Shown here: positions 18,549 through 28,047 of the stretch, piece by piece
Position numbering within the stretch: the stretch's first letter is position 1
Layout: each line of letters begins with the position of its first letter
From: Candidatus Thorarchaeota archaeon
GTDB taxonomy: Archaea; Asgardarchaeota; Thorarchaeia; Thorarchaeales; Thorarchaeaceae
Direction: 5' to 3'
Assembly: GCA_048882485.1 (NCBI GenBank)
Contig: JBHLRP010000016.1
Location: forward strand, 18,473 to 64,347
DNA length: 45,875 nt
Translations under genes and position numbers: made by a program
The notes under the pieces: model-generated
What the model was told of the DNA's origin: nothing
The model's database searches: none
The model's input: the letters and a program-made list of their open reading frames with translations, nothing else

Positions 18549-20144
18549 CTAGAAACCTGCAGCCATGCCATCCTTTCGGTGGTCAGAGCCACCAATCCAA
18601 CCACTGCTACTTCTGAGAATTGCTTGGCCTCCACCAAAAGCCGCCATGGGTGATTCCACGAGTGTATGTCCCAATCGAAGCAATTCGATTTGAACAGTCT
18701 GAGGAACTCCCCCTTCTACAGCCACTGTATTAGTACCTTGATCGTGGTTGAACCGAGGATGGTCTATGGCTTGTTGTGGAAACATCTCATGGTCGACAAT
18801 ATTGCTGACAAACTGAGCATGTGCCTGGGCCTGGTGAGCGCCTCCCATGATGCCGAACACGCCATGAAAGCAATCTCCTTCATAGAGGGCACCCGGAATG
18901 ATTGTATGGAAAGGTAGTTTTCCGGGTTCGTATCGGTTTGGATGAGCAGGGTCCAATGAAAAGAGGTTACCCCGGCAGTGAAGCTTGATTCCTGTTCCAG
19001 GCACAACAAGCCCGCTTCCGAAACCTAGGTACAAGCTATTGATGAACGACACAGCATGTCCATCACTATCAGCAGTGCAAAGATAGATAGTGTCTTGCCC
19101 CAACGGGACACCTGTGCTAAAAGAGTCAGATGCTTCATCCATTTTGATGAGTTCAGCTCTGGCTCTCGAATACTCCTTGGAAAGGAGCTGAGGTATAGGA
19201 ACTTTATAGAATTCTGGATCCGCACAATGTTGAATGAGATCCGCGTAAGCGAGTTTCTTGGCCTCAATCATAATGTGGAAGCGCTCCACCGCTAGGGAAT
19301 CATAGCCTGAGATATTGTACTCTTCCATCAGGTTGAGCATTTCGAGTGCCGCAAAGCCTTGACCGTTTGGAGGATGCTCATATACTTGAAGCCCTCTATA
19401 GTCTGTAGAGATTGGATCCGTCTTGAAGGACCTGTGACACTTCATATCATCCATAGTGAGAAATCCGTCATGCTTCTGAACAGTGTTGACAATTGCTTCG
19501 GCTATGTCGCCGGCATAGAAAGCATCCACGCCCTCCTTTGAGAGTCGCTCGAAAGCTGTTGCGAGGTCTTTATTCTGCATTATGTCGCCCACTAGCGGAG
19601 CTTTGCCATTAGGCATGAATATGTCCTTAGCTGCGTCATTCAGCAACCCATCAACATTTCCAGCCCAAGATCTAGCAATAATGGGCGAAACAGGAAACCC
19701 TTCTCTAGCATAATGGATAGCATCGGAAAGCACCTCACTCATTTCAAGAGAGCCATATCGCTCAACAAGATAGAACCACAGATGCATGGCACCGGGAACA
19801 GTAACAGATGCACCACCAAGAAGAGGCATCTCAGTCCATCCTTTTTCTTGAAGTTCTTCAAAGGATACAAGAGAGCCCGCTCGTCCTGAGCCATTGTAGC
19901 TTAGGGGCTTTTTTGCTCCTGGCATATGAATCAATGCAAACGCATCTCCGCCACATCCTGTGCTGAACGGCTCTACAACATCAAGGACTGCTGCTGCTGC
20001 GATTGCCGCGTCGATGGCGTTCCCACCAGCCTGAAGCACCTTGAGTCCTGCTTGAGTCGCTAGAGGCTGAGAAGTCGCCACCAAGCCATTCTTAGCAAGC
20101 ACGTCGGAACGACCTGAGAATCCATGCGACATGTAATGATTCAC
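18549..20144 (-). CDS. ggt: Gamma-glutamyltransferase family Ntn-hydrolase
   Basis: GGNAIDAAIA, GGDAF, nucleophile D-TIY, FINS...FGSG, PFHTIIP and DHRKDG motifs. Confidence 0.9.
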   Translation of the reverse strand: MNHYMSHGFSGRSDVLAKNGLVATSQPLATQAGLKVLQAGGNAIDAAIAAAAVLDVVEPFSTGCGGDAFALIHMPGAKKPLSYNGSGRAGSLVSFEELQEKGWTEMPLLGGASVTVPGAMHLWFYLVERYGSLEMSEVLSDAIHYAREGFPVSPIIARSWAGNVDGLLNDAAKDIFMPNGKAPLVGDIMQNKDLATAFERLSKEGVDAFYAGDIAEAIVNTVQKHDGFLTMDDMKCHRSFKTDPISTDYRGLQVYEHPPNGQGFAALEMLNLMEEYNISGYDSLAVERFHIMIEAKKLAYADLIQHCADPEFYKVPIPQLLSKEYSRARAELIKMDEASDSFSTGVPLGQDTIYLCTADSDGHAVSFINSLYLGFGSGLVVPGTGIKLHCRGNLFSLDPAHPNRYEPGKLPFHTIIPGALYEGDCFHGVFGIMGGAHQAQAHAQFVSNIVDHEMFPQQAIDHPRFNHDQGTNTVAVEGGVPQTVQIELLRLGHTLVESPMAAFGGGQAILRSSSGWIGGSDHRKDGMAAGF

Positions 20145-20177
20145 TCTCCTCTATTGAGTTGACAATCTCTACATATT

Positions 20178-21557
20178 CTACTCCGGAGTTTTAATTGGGT
20201 AGCCTTTCTTCTTCCACCCCTTGATGCCATCGAGGGCCACTGATATATTCTCGTGTCCGGATCTCTTCAGTAAGCTTGCTGCTGATGTTGCTCTTACACC
20301 ACCCGGACACATAGTCACAACAGCCTGCTCTCTATCGATGCTGATAGATTCTTTATTGACATCTGTCAATGGAACGAACTTCGAACCCCCGATATACTCT
20401 TTCTCCTGTTCGTGCGGCTGGCGTACATCAATCATTTCGAGGGCTCCGGTTTCAAACACATCTTTCAACACTTCTAAATCAATAGTTCCAATTGTGCTTC
20501 TTGGTTTTCCTCTTTCGTACCATCCCTCCATTCCGGATCCAAGATACCCGATGACATCATCAAAACCAATTCTGAGGAGGAGACTCCTTGCCAATTGCAG
20601 ATCCTCACTCCTCTCCAATACAAGCAAGAATTTCCAATCAGGCTCTAGAACCCATCCTGCGAATTGTCCCATTTCCCTAAGGGGTGCGCTGATAGCTCCG
20701 GGGATATGACCACATACAAAGAAGTCGGGCGATCTTGTGTCAACAACAACGTGACCGGGCTCTTCTAGAAGTCGTTCATAGGCGTCTGGATCAAGATACC
20801 GAGGCAGAGGAAGCTCTGCCACAAGAGGAGGCCCCATTGTATTGAGGCGCTCACAGTGCTTGAAATAGTCCGAATACGTAAGGCTCTGACGCAACTTCCG
20901 TTCAACAAACTCCTCTTCGTTGAGACTAAGCCATTTGTTATTCATCCGTTCGTAACCAATTGTGGAGAACTCTCTCTTACCAATATCACCACCACATACT
21001 GAACCAGCTCCATGTCCAGGATAGACGAGAATGCCATCATTGAATTGAAAAAGCACATCATGAAGACTAGAGTGTAATTTTCGCGACATCTCTTCATGCT
21101 TGCTCTTGTCAACAAGATCAGTTCTTCCAACCTCTCCAACAAATAGTGTATCGCCTGTGAAAATAACTATGGGACTGGAGCCTATTGACATGTCTGAGAG
21201 AAGGTAGCACATGCTATCATTGGTATGTCCAGGAGTTTGAAGGCAAGTCACCTTCATGGATCCAACTCTAAACGAATCCTCATGGGCAAGGGAATGGTCA
21301 CCATATTTGAAGCCAGTTTCTTTACTATGGCAAATCTCTACGTTAGGAACATGATATTGAATCTCAATGGAGCCAATCACATAGTCCTCGTTTCGGTGCG
21401 TTTCGAAGATGTGAGTTAATCTTGACTGACTCTTATCCGCTAAATCCAGATACACATCAACATCCCGCCGAGGGTCAACTACCATTGCTTCACCGTCAGA
21501 ACTAACAAAATAGGAGAGATGTGCAAGTCCTTCGGAACGAACTGGGGTTATTCTCAT
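20178..21557 (-). CDS. MBL-fold hydrolase fused to two rhodanese domains
   Basis: DPRRD, ETHRNEDY, TPGHT, FTGDTLF, PGHGAGSVCG, DTR..GHIPGA and active-site loop CPGGVRA. The probable start is ATG 21557. Confidence 0.9.
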   Translation of the reverse strand: MRITPVRSEGLAHLSYFVSSDGEAMVVDPRRDVDVYLDLADKSQSRLTHIFETHRNEDYVIGSIEIQYHVPNVEICHSKETGFKYGDHSLAHEDSFRVGSMKVTCLQTPGHTNDSMCYLLSDMSIGSSPIVIFTGDTLFVGEVGRTDLVDKSKHEEMSRKLHSSLHDVLFQFNDGILVYPGHGAGSVCGGDIGKREFSTIGYERMNNKWLSLNEEEFVERKLRQSLTYSDYFKHCERLNTMGPPLVAELPLPRYLDPDAYERLLEEPGHVVVDTRSPDFFVCGHIPGAISAPLREMGQFAGWVLEPDWKFLLVLERSEDLQLARSLLLRIGFDDVIGYLGSGMEGWYERGKPRSTIGTIDLEVLKDVFETGALEMIDVRQPHEQEKEYIGGSKFVPLTDVNKESISIDREQAVVTMCPGGVRATSAASLLKRSGHENISVALDGIKGWKKKGYPIKTPE

Positions 21558-21698
21558 TCTATTCACCGAGCACCAGTGCAAGTTTTAAGCCATCTTTTAA
21601 GGACTAAGGTCAGTCCTGATGAATAATTACATAGATTATTGTTTTCGGCAAAAGATAAAGTGTGATTCGGTCGCATTAATCATAGATGAAATGGAGTC

Positions 21699-22157
21699 AT
21701 GAAGATGAGTTCCAAAGGATCTGCGCAAGGCGAAGGAATTGTTGTAAAGGCAAGTTTGGATGATGTCAGGAAAGGCGCTGTAAGAGTGCTGACTGACTTT
21801 AGCACAACCATTGAGAAACAGGATGGCTCAAAAGTTGGAGGAGATGCTCCTATCAATGACGGGGATCAAGTCATCTTTCGAGAAAACATCGATCCATGTC
21901 CCGCTGTCATCGCAGCAACGAAATTAGGTGAGGATCTGTGGTATGTTGTAAGCTCAACAATATGTCCCAATATCAGATGTGATGACATCCAGGCCATGAA
22001 GTGCGCACGTCTTGAGGCGCAGAACCTAAAAATCTTCCAGAATGTCATTCAAGATAATGGTGAGTGGACATGGGTACATGAATGGCGAATTGACACTGCT
22101 CAGCACCCGAACGCGCAGAGGATCATTGACAAAGCCACAAAGGAATGGACCCACTAG
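21699..22157 (+). CDS. Hypothetical protein
   Basis: 152-aa ORF with GGAG RBS that fills the space between known genes; three spaced Cys near the middle. Confidence 0.7.
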   Translation: MKMSSKGSAQGEGIVVKASLDDVRKGAVRVLTDFSTTIEKQDGSKVGGDAPINDGDQVIFRENIDPCPAVIAATKLGEDLWYVVSSTICPNIRCDDIQAMKCARLEAQNLKIFQNVIQDNGEWTWVHEWRIDTAQHPNAQRIIDKATKEWTH

Positions 22158-23293
22158 AAGTCCCAGCCATGATCTCTAAGTAGATTGATTGTACGATTTA
22201 CGCGTGTCAGGTGCGCAACTATCTCAATGAGATCATCGGAGTAGTCCAACACTGGACTCAATTGACCAACAGCCGCTTTCGATAGTAGCTCGAGTCCGGC
22301 ATCAACTAGGCTTTCGGTTCCTTCACGAAGTATAATCTGAAGCTCTGACAAGCCGGCGGTTGCATTCTTCACGGCCTTCACAATTGCCAATGCAACCAAG
22401 GCGATAGTGAATATGGCATCGTCGGTGCTATTGACAGCAACATTCACTATCGAGCAAAAACTTGATTCAAGGCTAGGCTCCATGTCAGTAGCCGAGAAAT
22501 CCCTAGCGCCAATTCTGGTCAGGAGAATATTAAACTGCTCGACAGCTATTTCGATTCTCTCCAAAACTCCAGCCTTTTGAAGGATAGATCTGGTCTGAGG
22601 AGAAGTCATCCTGTTCTCAAGAATCTCAGGGTCTAGACTAAGGGTGCTCCCAGCAGAAAGAACAGTATGGGGTTCGTTCTCCAGTGGCGCAAATCCGGAT
22701 AACACTGATAGGACACCATGGCCACAGCAGTTGCAGATGATTGAGCCAAAAATCGCACGCTCAATCTGTCTGAATAGCTCAAGAACACGCTGCTCGTCGC
22801 TGACTCTTCTCATGTTCACTCTTCCGTCTTGCAGTATTGTAATGCTCATGTCCTCGATCTCGGCTCTGCCATATCCGAGGTCTCTACTGCAACGAATCAG
22901 TTCAAATCTATCAGATATACAGTCCATTAAGTCGCATAGAAGAGAGGGTTCAAACACTCCAAAATGGATAGGCTCGCCAGCTTCAACACCGTTGTATACC
23001 CGGAGCTCTGCCATGACCTTTTCATCTGTGTCTTGACATGGACGGGTAAGAAGCATTCCTCCTTCAGGCAGCTTTGCCGCAGGTTTTCCTATCAGTGTTG
23101 GTCTTCTCTTGCTTAGGAGTTCCAATTCTTCGCTACTGTCTTTGTATCTGTCTAGGACAAGAAGAGGACATTTGCCGATTTCCGTTCTGCCTACAATCAA
23201 AGCTCTTGCAAAGCTGGCGCAGGTCGCCTCCCCGCAAAGACCACAATCAATTTGAGGAGTGCTCTTCCACGTCTTGACCCATAGACTACTCAT
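22154..23293 (-). CDS. Fe-S cluster-binding protein (N-terminal CxxCx4Cx16C putative Fe-S domain)
   Basis: DCGLCGEATCASFARAL...GKCP; additional PC and CNCCG motifs. Confidence 0.8.
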   Translation of the reverse strand: MSSLWVKTWKSTPQIDCGLCGEATCASFARALIVGRTEIGKCPLLVLDRYKDSSEELELLSKRRPTLIGKPAAKLPEGGMLLTRPCQDTDEKVMAELRVYNGVEAGEPIHFGVFEPSLLCDLMDCISDRFELIRCSRDLGYGRAEIEDMSITILQDGRVNMRRVSDEQRVLELFRQIERAIFGSIICNCCGHGVLSVLSGFAPLENEPHTVLSAGSTLSLDPEILENRMTSPQTRSILQKAGVLERIEIAVEQFNILLTRIGARDFSATDMEPSLESSFCSIVNVAVNSTDDAIFTIALVALAIVKAVKNATAGLSELQIILREGTESLVDAGLELLSKAAVGQLSPVLDYSDDLIEIVAHLTRVNRTINLLRDHGWDF

Positions 23294-23412
23294 GATATGA
23301 TGAAAGACTCGGTACGCTCAGTTTAACGTTACGTTCTGAGCCGGTCGATTGAAACACCGCAGTCAGTTTTATTAGCGGACCACAATTCCTCACATCAGTC
23401 GAGGCACAAACA

Positions 23413-23991
23413 ATGGAACGAGTGCGCCAAGCATTGAAATGGGATAGCCGCTCTGAGATGCAAAAGACTGTCATAGTGCTTTTCATCGTGGTTTTAGTCA
23501 CGATTGGAGGCTATGGTGGATTCATGCTCGTAATGCGAACTACAACTCCTTTAGTTGTAGTGACAAGTGATTCCATGGTTCCAGCACTCCAACAAGGAGA
23601 CCTTCTAGTGCTTCAAGGAAGGCCGGCTGAAGAAATTCACCTCAGCGACATTATCGTCTATCAGGATGAGTGGTTTCCAGATGCACCAGTGGTTCATCGA
23701 GTTGTGGCAATTGAGATTGTGGGAGAAACCTACTACTTTTTCACAAAAGGCGATGCTAATCATGCAAATGATCCCGGTAACCGTACGATTGATGAGATTA
23801 TAGGCGTCGTGGTCTTCAGAATCCCCTATCTTGGAGCCGTATCCATGTTTCTCAGAACCCCAACAGGCTTGGCTGTCATTGCTCTAATTTTCATCGCAAT
23901 CATTGTCTTGCCTGAACTTGTCTGCAAAAGTGAGGAGGAGGAGGCGCCAGTTGCGCCTGACTCATCAGTGAATGGACAGCAAGAAACCTAG
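23413..23991 (+). CDS. Archaeal/ER-type signal peptidase I (S26B, Sec11-like)
   Basis: VVTSDSMVPAL..GD (Ser), VVHRV (His), TKGDAN and IPYLG motifs; N- and C-terminal TM helices. Confidence 0.92.
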   Translation: MERVRQALKWDSRSEMQKTVIVLFIVVLVTIGGYGGFMLVMRTTTPLVVVTSDSMVPALQQGDLLVLQGRPAEEIHLSDIIVYQDEWFPDAPVVHRVVAIEIVGETYYFFTKGDANHANDPGNRTIDEIIGVVVFRIPYLGAVSMFLRTPTGLAVIALIFIAIIVLPELVCKSEEEEAPVAPDSSVNGQQET

Positions 23992-24051
23992 CCTGCTACA
24001 GAGAGAATATCATGGAGTCCCCTCGAAGCGATACGCCGCTTCGCTCAATAT

Positions 24052-25668
24052 TCAATCAAAGAGGGGTTCAAAAAAGCCAGCAAGAACCTCTTTTTGAACT
24101 TTCAATAGCTGGCCCTTTGTCGTGCGCTCTACCAAGTCAATTCCGCTTTCTTCAGTAAGTCGAACTGCAACCAATGAGTCGCCATGATCATCCAATGCTG
24201 CTTCGAATTTAGCACCCGCTGTGGACTCTGGAACAGCAATGACTCCCATACTGATGTCACCAGATTCGATTAGTTTCTGAAGGCGCTTTGCTGAATAGAA
24301 CGCTGCAACACCTCCACTGCGATTCCAATCCTTAACGCCAGGAACATCAATTCCCACTTTCTTAGTGACACCACTCTTCGTAAGTAGCACAATCGATGTA
24401 GATTCTTTGGTCGCCTGAGTGGCATCTGCGTCTATCGCTACATCGATACCTATGGATTTCCCTGTCGCTTCTATCGCCTTGATTAGAGAGCTAATTACAA
24501 CTGTAGGTGTAAGCTTAATGACGTAGTCTGGCTGTTCCTCTACCTCAACCTCTTCTATTTCAAACAAAATTGAATCCAGTCTTGAGATGGCGTGTTTGAT
24601 TGCATCCCTTGGGACACCGTCCGAATTGGCGAATATCTCCTCTATGTCGCCTTCAGTGAAGGGGAATAATGCATCGGGAGGGGGTTCAACATTCTGTTCT
24701 ATCCAAAACTCCTTCATAGTCTTTTGAATGAACTCAGCCACATCATCCTTCTCAAAAGGCTGAAGATGAACCACCTGTTCCATCCTAGACTTCATCGGAC
24801 CATCGGCTAGTTCGTAGATGCGATCCCAAATCTCTGTTAGACTTGATGCAACAATGACGAGGTTTCGAGTTTCGTTGTAAAGTCGCTTCAGTGTTTCGAA
24901 GAACCGACGCTCAGCTTCTTCGCCATGCGTATTATATGGCCCCTCCATTTCATCAATGAATAGGAGGATAGGTAAAGTCGACCCTTCAGCAAGAAGCTTA
25001 AGGGTTGCCAGTGTAACATCATCTTCTTCTAGAACGGTTCGGACACCAAGCCTAACAATCTCGTCATTGCTTAGGGCATCACCAAACAGCCAGCGGCGAG
25101 CGAGGTCGCTATTAGCTGGATCTAGTCGATATCTCAGGAGTGTCTTCATGACATCAGCAGAGATACCGGGATAATCAACCAGCAAACGCTCCATTGCATA
25201 GGTGTAGTCATAGGTTTCATGTGAAACTCCACGCAGACCACCAAACTTCATCATCAACATATCAACAGCCTGATCGAAGATATCTTCCCCTGCTGTATCA
25301 ACTATGCATGCATGGATATGAAGAGGAATACGAATAGGAGCGGGGGGAGATGGCACGTAAACTGCTAGAAATCTCCCTCTCTTGAAGTAGTTTTCTCGGT
25401 CTTTCAAAGACCAGAAAAGGTGTGTCTTTCCCATTCCAGCACTACCCAGAATAGGCTGAAATCTGGGGATGCCATCCTGCATTGTAAAGCGAATTGCACG
25501 AAAGATTGCTCGATCAGCGCTTTCATGAGGCCCAATGATATCAATTGAATCCCGCATATCCCCGCGAGAAACATAGCGCTTCAGGGGAGGATTCTCTCTT
25601 AGAATGTCCAGGTACATTGCTTTATCAAATTCTGAAGATGCTTCTGGTGATTCAGATGGTGGTGTCAT
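24052..25668 (-). CDS. P-loop (AAA+-like) ATPase with an extra C-terminal alpha/beta domain
   Basis: Walker A GSAGMGKT, RRWLFG, Walker B LLFIDEME, SR (arginine finger-like), FPF and GVPR (sensor-like). The probable start is ATG 25668 (the track gives 25707). Confidence 0.82.
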   Translation of the reverse strand: MTPPSESPEASSEFDKAMYLDILRENPPLKRYVSRGDMRDSIDIIGPHESADRAIFRAIRFTMQDGIPRFQPILGSAGMGKTHLFWSLKDRENYFKRGRFLAVYVPSPPAPIRIPLHIHACIVDTAGEDIFDQAVDMLMMKFGGLRGVSHETYDYTYAMERLLVDYPGISADVMKTLLRYRLDPANSDLARRWLFGDALSNDEIVRLGVRTVLEEDDVTLATLKLLAEGSTLPILLFIDEMEGPYNTHGEEAERRFFETLKRLYNETRNLVIVASSLTEIWDRIYELADGPMKSRMEQVVHLQPFEKDDVAEFIQKTMKEFWIEQNVEPPPDALFPFTEGDIEEIFANSDGVPRDAIKHAISRLDSILFEIEEVEVEEQPDYVIKLTPTVVISSLIKAIEATGKSIGIDVAIDADATQATKESTSIVLLTKSGVTKKVGIDVPGVKDWNRSGGVAAFYSAKRLQKLIESGDISMGVIAVPESTAGAKFEAALDDHGDSLVAVRLTEESGIDLVERTTKGQLLKVQKEVLAGFFEPLFD

Positions 25669-25802
25669 CTCACACGGTCTCCCTAACCATGCACACATTG
25701 CTAGCATAACGATATGAATCTAACGTGGTTGATATTTGGTAGGAAGTATGCGGAAAATAGCCATGTGCGATTTCTTTAACTCGATTTCTATCTATTATTA
25801 GG

Positions 25803-26468
25803 ATGAGGAAAATGGTCTTCTCAAGGACATTAACGAGTAAGGAACTGAAGATGCTCCTACAGATGCAGGAGTTTGTGAAAAAGGCACACGCAGAAAGCGA
25901 CAGTCATGACTATTCACATGTCTTCACTGTTTGTAGATATGCCATAGAGATAGCTAAGAATATTGATGAAAAGGTCGATCCCTTTGTCTGCATCGCAGGA
26001 GCACTATTGCATGACATAGGCAAGACCAATCGTGTATTTGCACACATCCATGGACTACTTGGTGGTACTCTTGCAGAGGAGTTCCTAGATGGCCTCCAGG
26101 TTAACGAGAAACTGCGTGACACGATCGCTAGGGTAGTTGTCCGGCACACTCCTTCTTCAAATATACCGCCAGTCACTCCTGAAGAGAAGATAGTCTATGA
26201 TGCAGACACCCTAGACCGCCTTGGCCTAATGGGACTACTTCGTGGATTTATTGGCAAAGCAGGGAGTATGGAGAATATTCTGACCAAATACATGGAGAAA
26301 CGCAAACACGATTATGATAAATTGAATTTCGAATTCAGTAGAGAGCTGGGAGATAGTCTTCATCAGGAACTACTGGAGTTCCTTTTTGTTGTTGAAGATC
26401 GCCTCGGCGCGAGAATGGCTTCTATTGAGGACCTTTTTGGAAAGGAGGGCCTTGTTAGGGCTAAGTAG
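25803..26468 (+). CDS. HD-domain phosphohydrolase
   Basis: HDYSH, LLHDIGK, H, RH and VYDADTLDRLG motifs. Confidence 0.9.
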   Translation: MRKMVFSRTLTSKELKMLLQMQEFVKKAHAESDSHDYSHVFTVCRYAIEIAKNIDEKVDPFVCIAGALLHDIGKTNRVFAHIHGLLGGTLAEEFLDGLQVNEKLRDTIARVVVRHTPSSNIPPVTPEEKIVYDADTLDRLGLMGLLRGFIGKAGSMENILTKYMEKRKHDYDKLNFEFSRELGDSLHQELLEFLFVVEDRLGARMASIEDLFGKEGLVRAK

Positions 26469-26503
26469 CAAAATATTCTGGGATTAACTGAGAGAATCCG
26501 GAG

Positions 26504-27742
26504 GTGAAAAAGATGACAAGGGATTTTCAATCATTGTCCCGAGAGGAGTTGCTTGCTAGAGCCTCGAGTCATGTGTTCTCGAGTGGTCTGATGGATTCAG
26601 CGAACGCCCTCTGTGTAACGAACATGAAATATGGTCTGGCCAAAATTCATCATGCGCTTTTTCAGCTTGGCATGGATCCTGATGCCACATTTGTAGGTGC
26701 ACCAGATGCTACTGTCACACGAAATGTCAGGAGATGGAATAATGGTCTGGGCTATGGGGGAAAGCTAGCGTGGGGAGAAGGAGATAGGAGGATTATATTT
26801 CTAGACTCTATGCCTAATGCCTGTGGAATGCTCGTAGGGGGGCTCGATAGTCTTCCAAGAATTGATACGCTCATAAACAATGTCAGCTCTTTTCTAGGAG
26901 CAGAAGAAATCATAGACAACATTGCAATAGATTGGGATTTTGCCGTTAGCAATCATTTCATTGACCTTTATCGACACAAGCCGCTGGACGACGCCACCGA
27001 ATCTCCCCACAGGTATATCTTCATTATTCATGGATCTGTCCCCGAGTTGAAGGGGGATAATGACACTAAATTCGGTTTTGGATTGTATTATCATAAGAGT
27101 GCAGTTCTTACTGAAATGGCTGAAGAGATTGATACACCTTTCGGGAAGACCTGTGTAGTCAGTGATACAGCCGCTGCAGAATACTTGAAGCTGAATGATT
27201 TTGCTTGTGACCTGAGCAAAAAGAAACGGCTCCGTGCCGCCGAGGCCATTTTCGATGAGTTCACTGAAATATGCAACCCCATACACCAAGGGCTTCAAAA
27301 CATGAACCATCATCTGTTAGGCTGTCAAAATACCATGCAAGATGGGAGCTTGCTCCCTATTGCTCTTCGAGCAGATCTGCCCGCATATCTTGTGAATGGC
27401 AAACCCAACTTCGATGATGAAGCAGTTGAACATCTCGGTTTCACGAAACGTGCTGAACGATTAGGAGTGGCTCATCGACTTATGGAAGCCAATATCCTCC
27501 CGCACGGTGGAGGGTACAAATTCGATTCAATCCTTGGAATCAATCGTGTCATTGAATCAAAGGGAGGGACACGCTATTATGTCACAGACATGTCGACAGG
27601 TCATGAATCAGAGAAGGTCTTCTCTAGTCCGCGTGAACTTGAGTACAGCTATAGGGGGAGAGAGGTTGTTAGGAGAGCTGTTGACCTTCGTATGTGCGAA
27701 ATCGTGGCACGTCTGATGCCGCGTTTCATCCTCAAAATCTGA
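26504..27742 (+). CDS. Divergent RtcB-superfamily (GTP-dependent RNA ligase-like) protein
   Basis: Collinear RtcB-like motifs: APD, PNACGM, SNHFID, IIHGS, IHQG, PHGGG, SYR and terminal LMPRFILK. RBS GGAGGTG. Confidence 0.7.
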   Translation: MKKMTRDFQSLSREELLARASSHVFSSGLMDSANALCVTNMKYGLAKIHHALFQLGMDPDATFVGAPDATVTRNVRRWNNGLGYGGKLAWGEGDRRIIFLDSMPNACGMLVGGLDSLPRIDTLINNVSSFLGAEEIIDNIAIDWDFAVSNHFIDLYRHKPLDDATESPHRYIFIIHGSVPELKGDNDTKFGFGLYYHKSAVLTEMAEEIDTPFGKTCVVSDTAAAEYLKLNDFACDLSKKKRLRAAEAIFDEFTEICNPIHQGLQNMNHHLLGCQNTMQDGSLLPIALRADLPAYLVNGKPNFDDEAVEHLGFTKRAERLGVAHRLMEANILPHGGGYKFDSILGINRVIESKGGTRYYVTDMSTGHESEKVFSSPRELEYSYRGREVVRRAVDLRMCEIVARLMPRFILKI

Positions 27743-27765
27743 ATCAATCCTGCTTCAGCCAGAAT

Positions 27766-28017
27766 TCAGCCGCCACCAATAGGTGGAAAAATCACCACAA
27801 GATCATCTTCAGCTAATGTTTCATCAAAGTCGATGGCCCTCTCCCCGTTAATCATGACAATCTGTACATGCACTTCTCTGATACCAAGTTTCTTGATTAG
27901 ATCATTGACCGTGTTGCCCTGCATTTCGATTTGAAAGAAATCACCTAGTTCGTTATCTTCTGGTGCGAATTGCCTCAAGCCAGCATATAGCTTCACATTA
28001 ACCATCAAGAAGCTCAC
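27766..28017 (-). CDS. MoaD/ThiS/SAMP-family ubiquitin-like protein
   Basis: VNVKLYAGLR...TVNDLI..LGI...INGE...LAEDDLVVIFPPIGGG with a free C-terminal GG. Confidence 0.92.
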   Translation of the reverse strand: MSFLMVNVKLYAGLRQFAPEDNELGDFFQIEMQGNTVNDLIKKLGIREVHVQIVMINGERAIDFDETLAEDDLVVIFPPIGGG

Positions 28018-28047
28018 CCTGCGCGTCCATAATGGTTCTACTAGGTT

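Noticed and set aside
24052-25668. Complete BREX defence system
   Set aside because: Only a loosely BrxD-like ATPase is present; there is no pglZ, pglX, brxC or helicase in the window.
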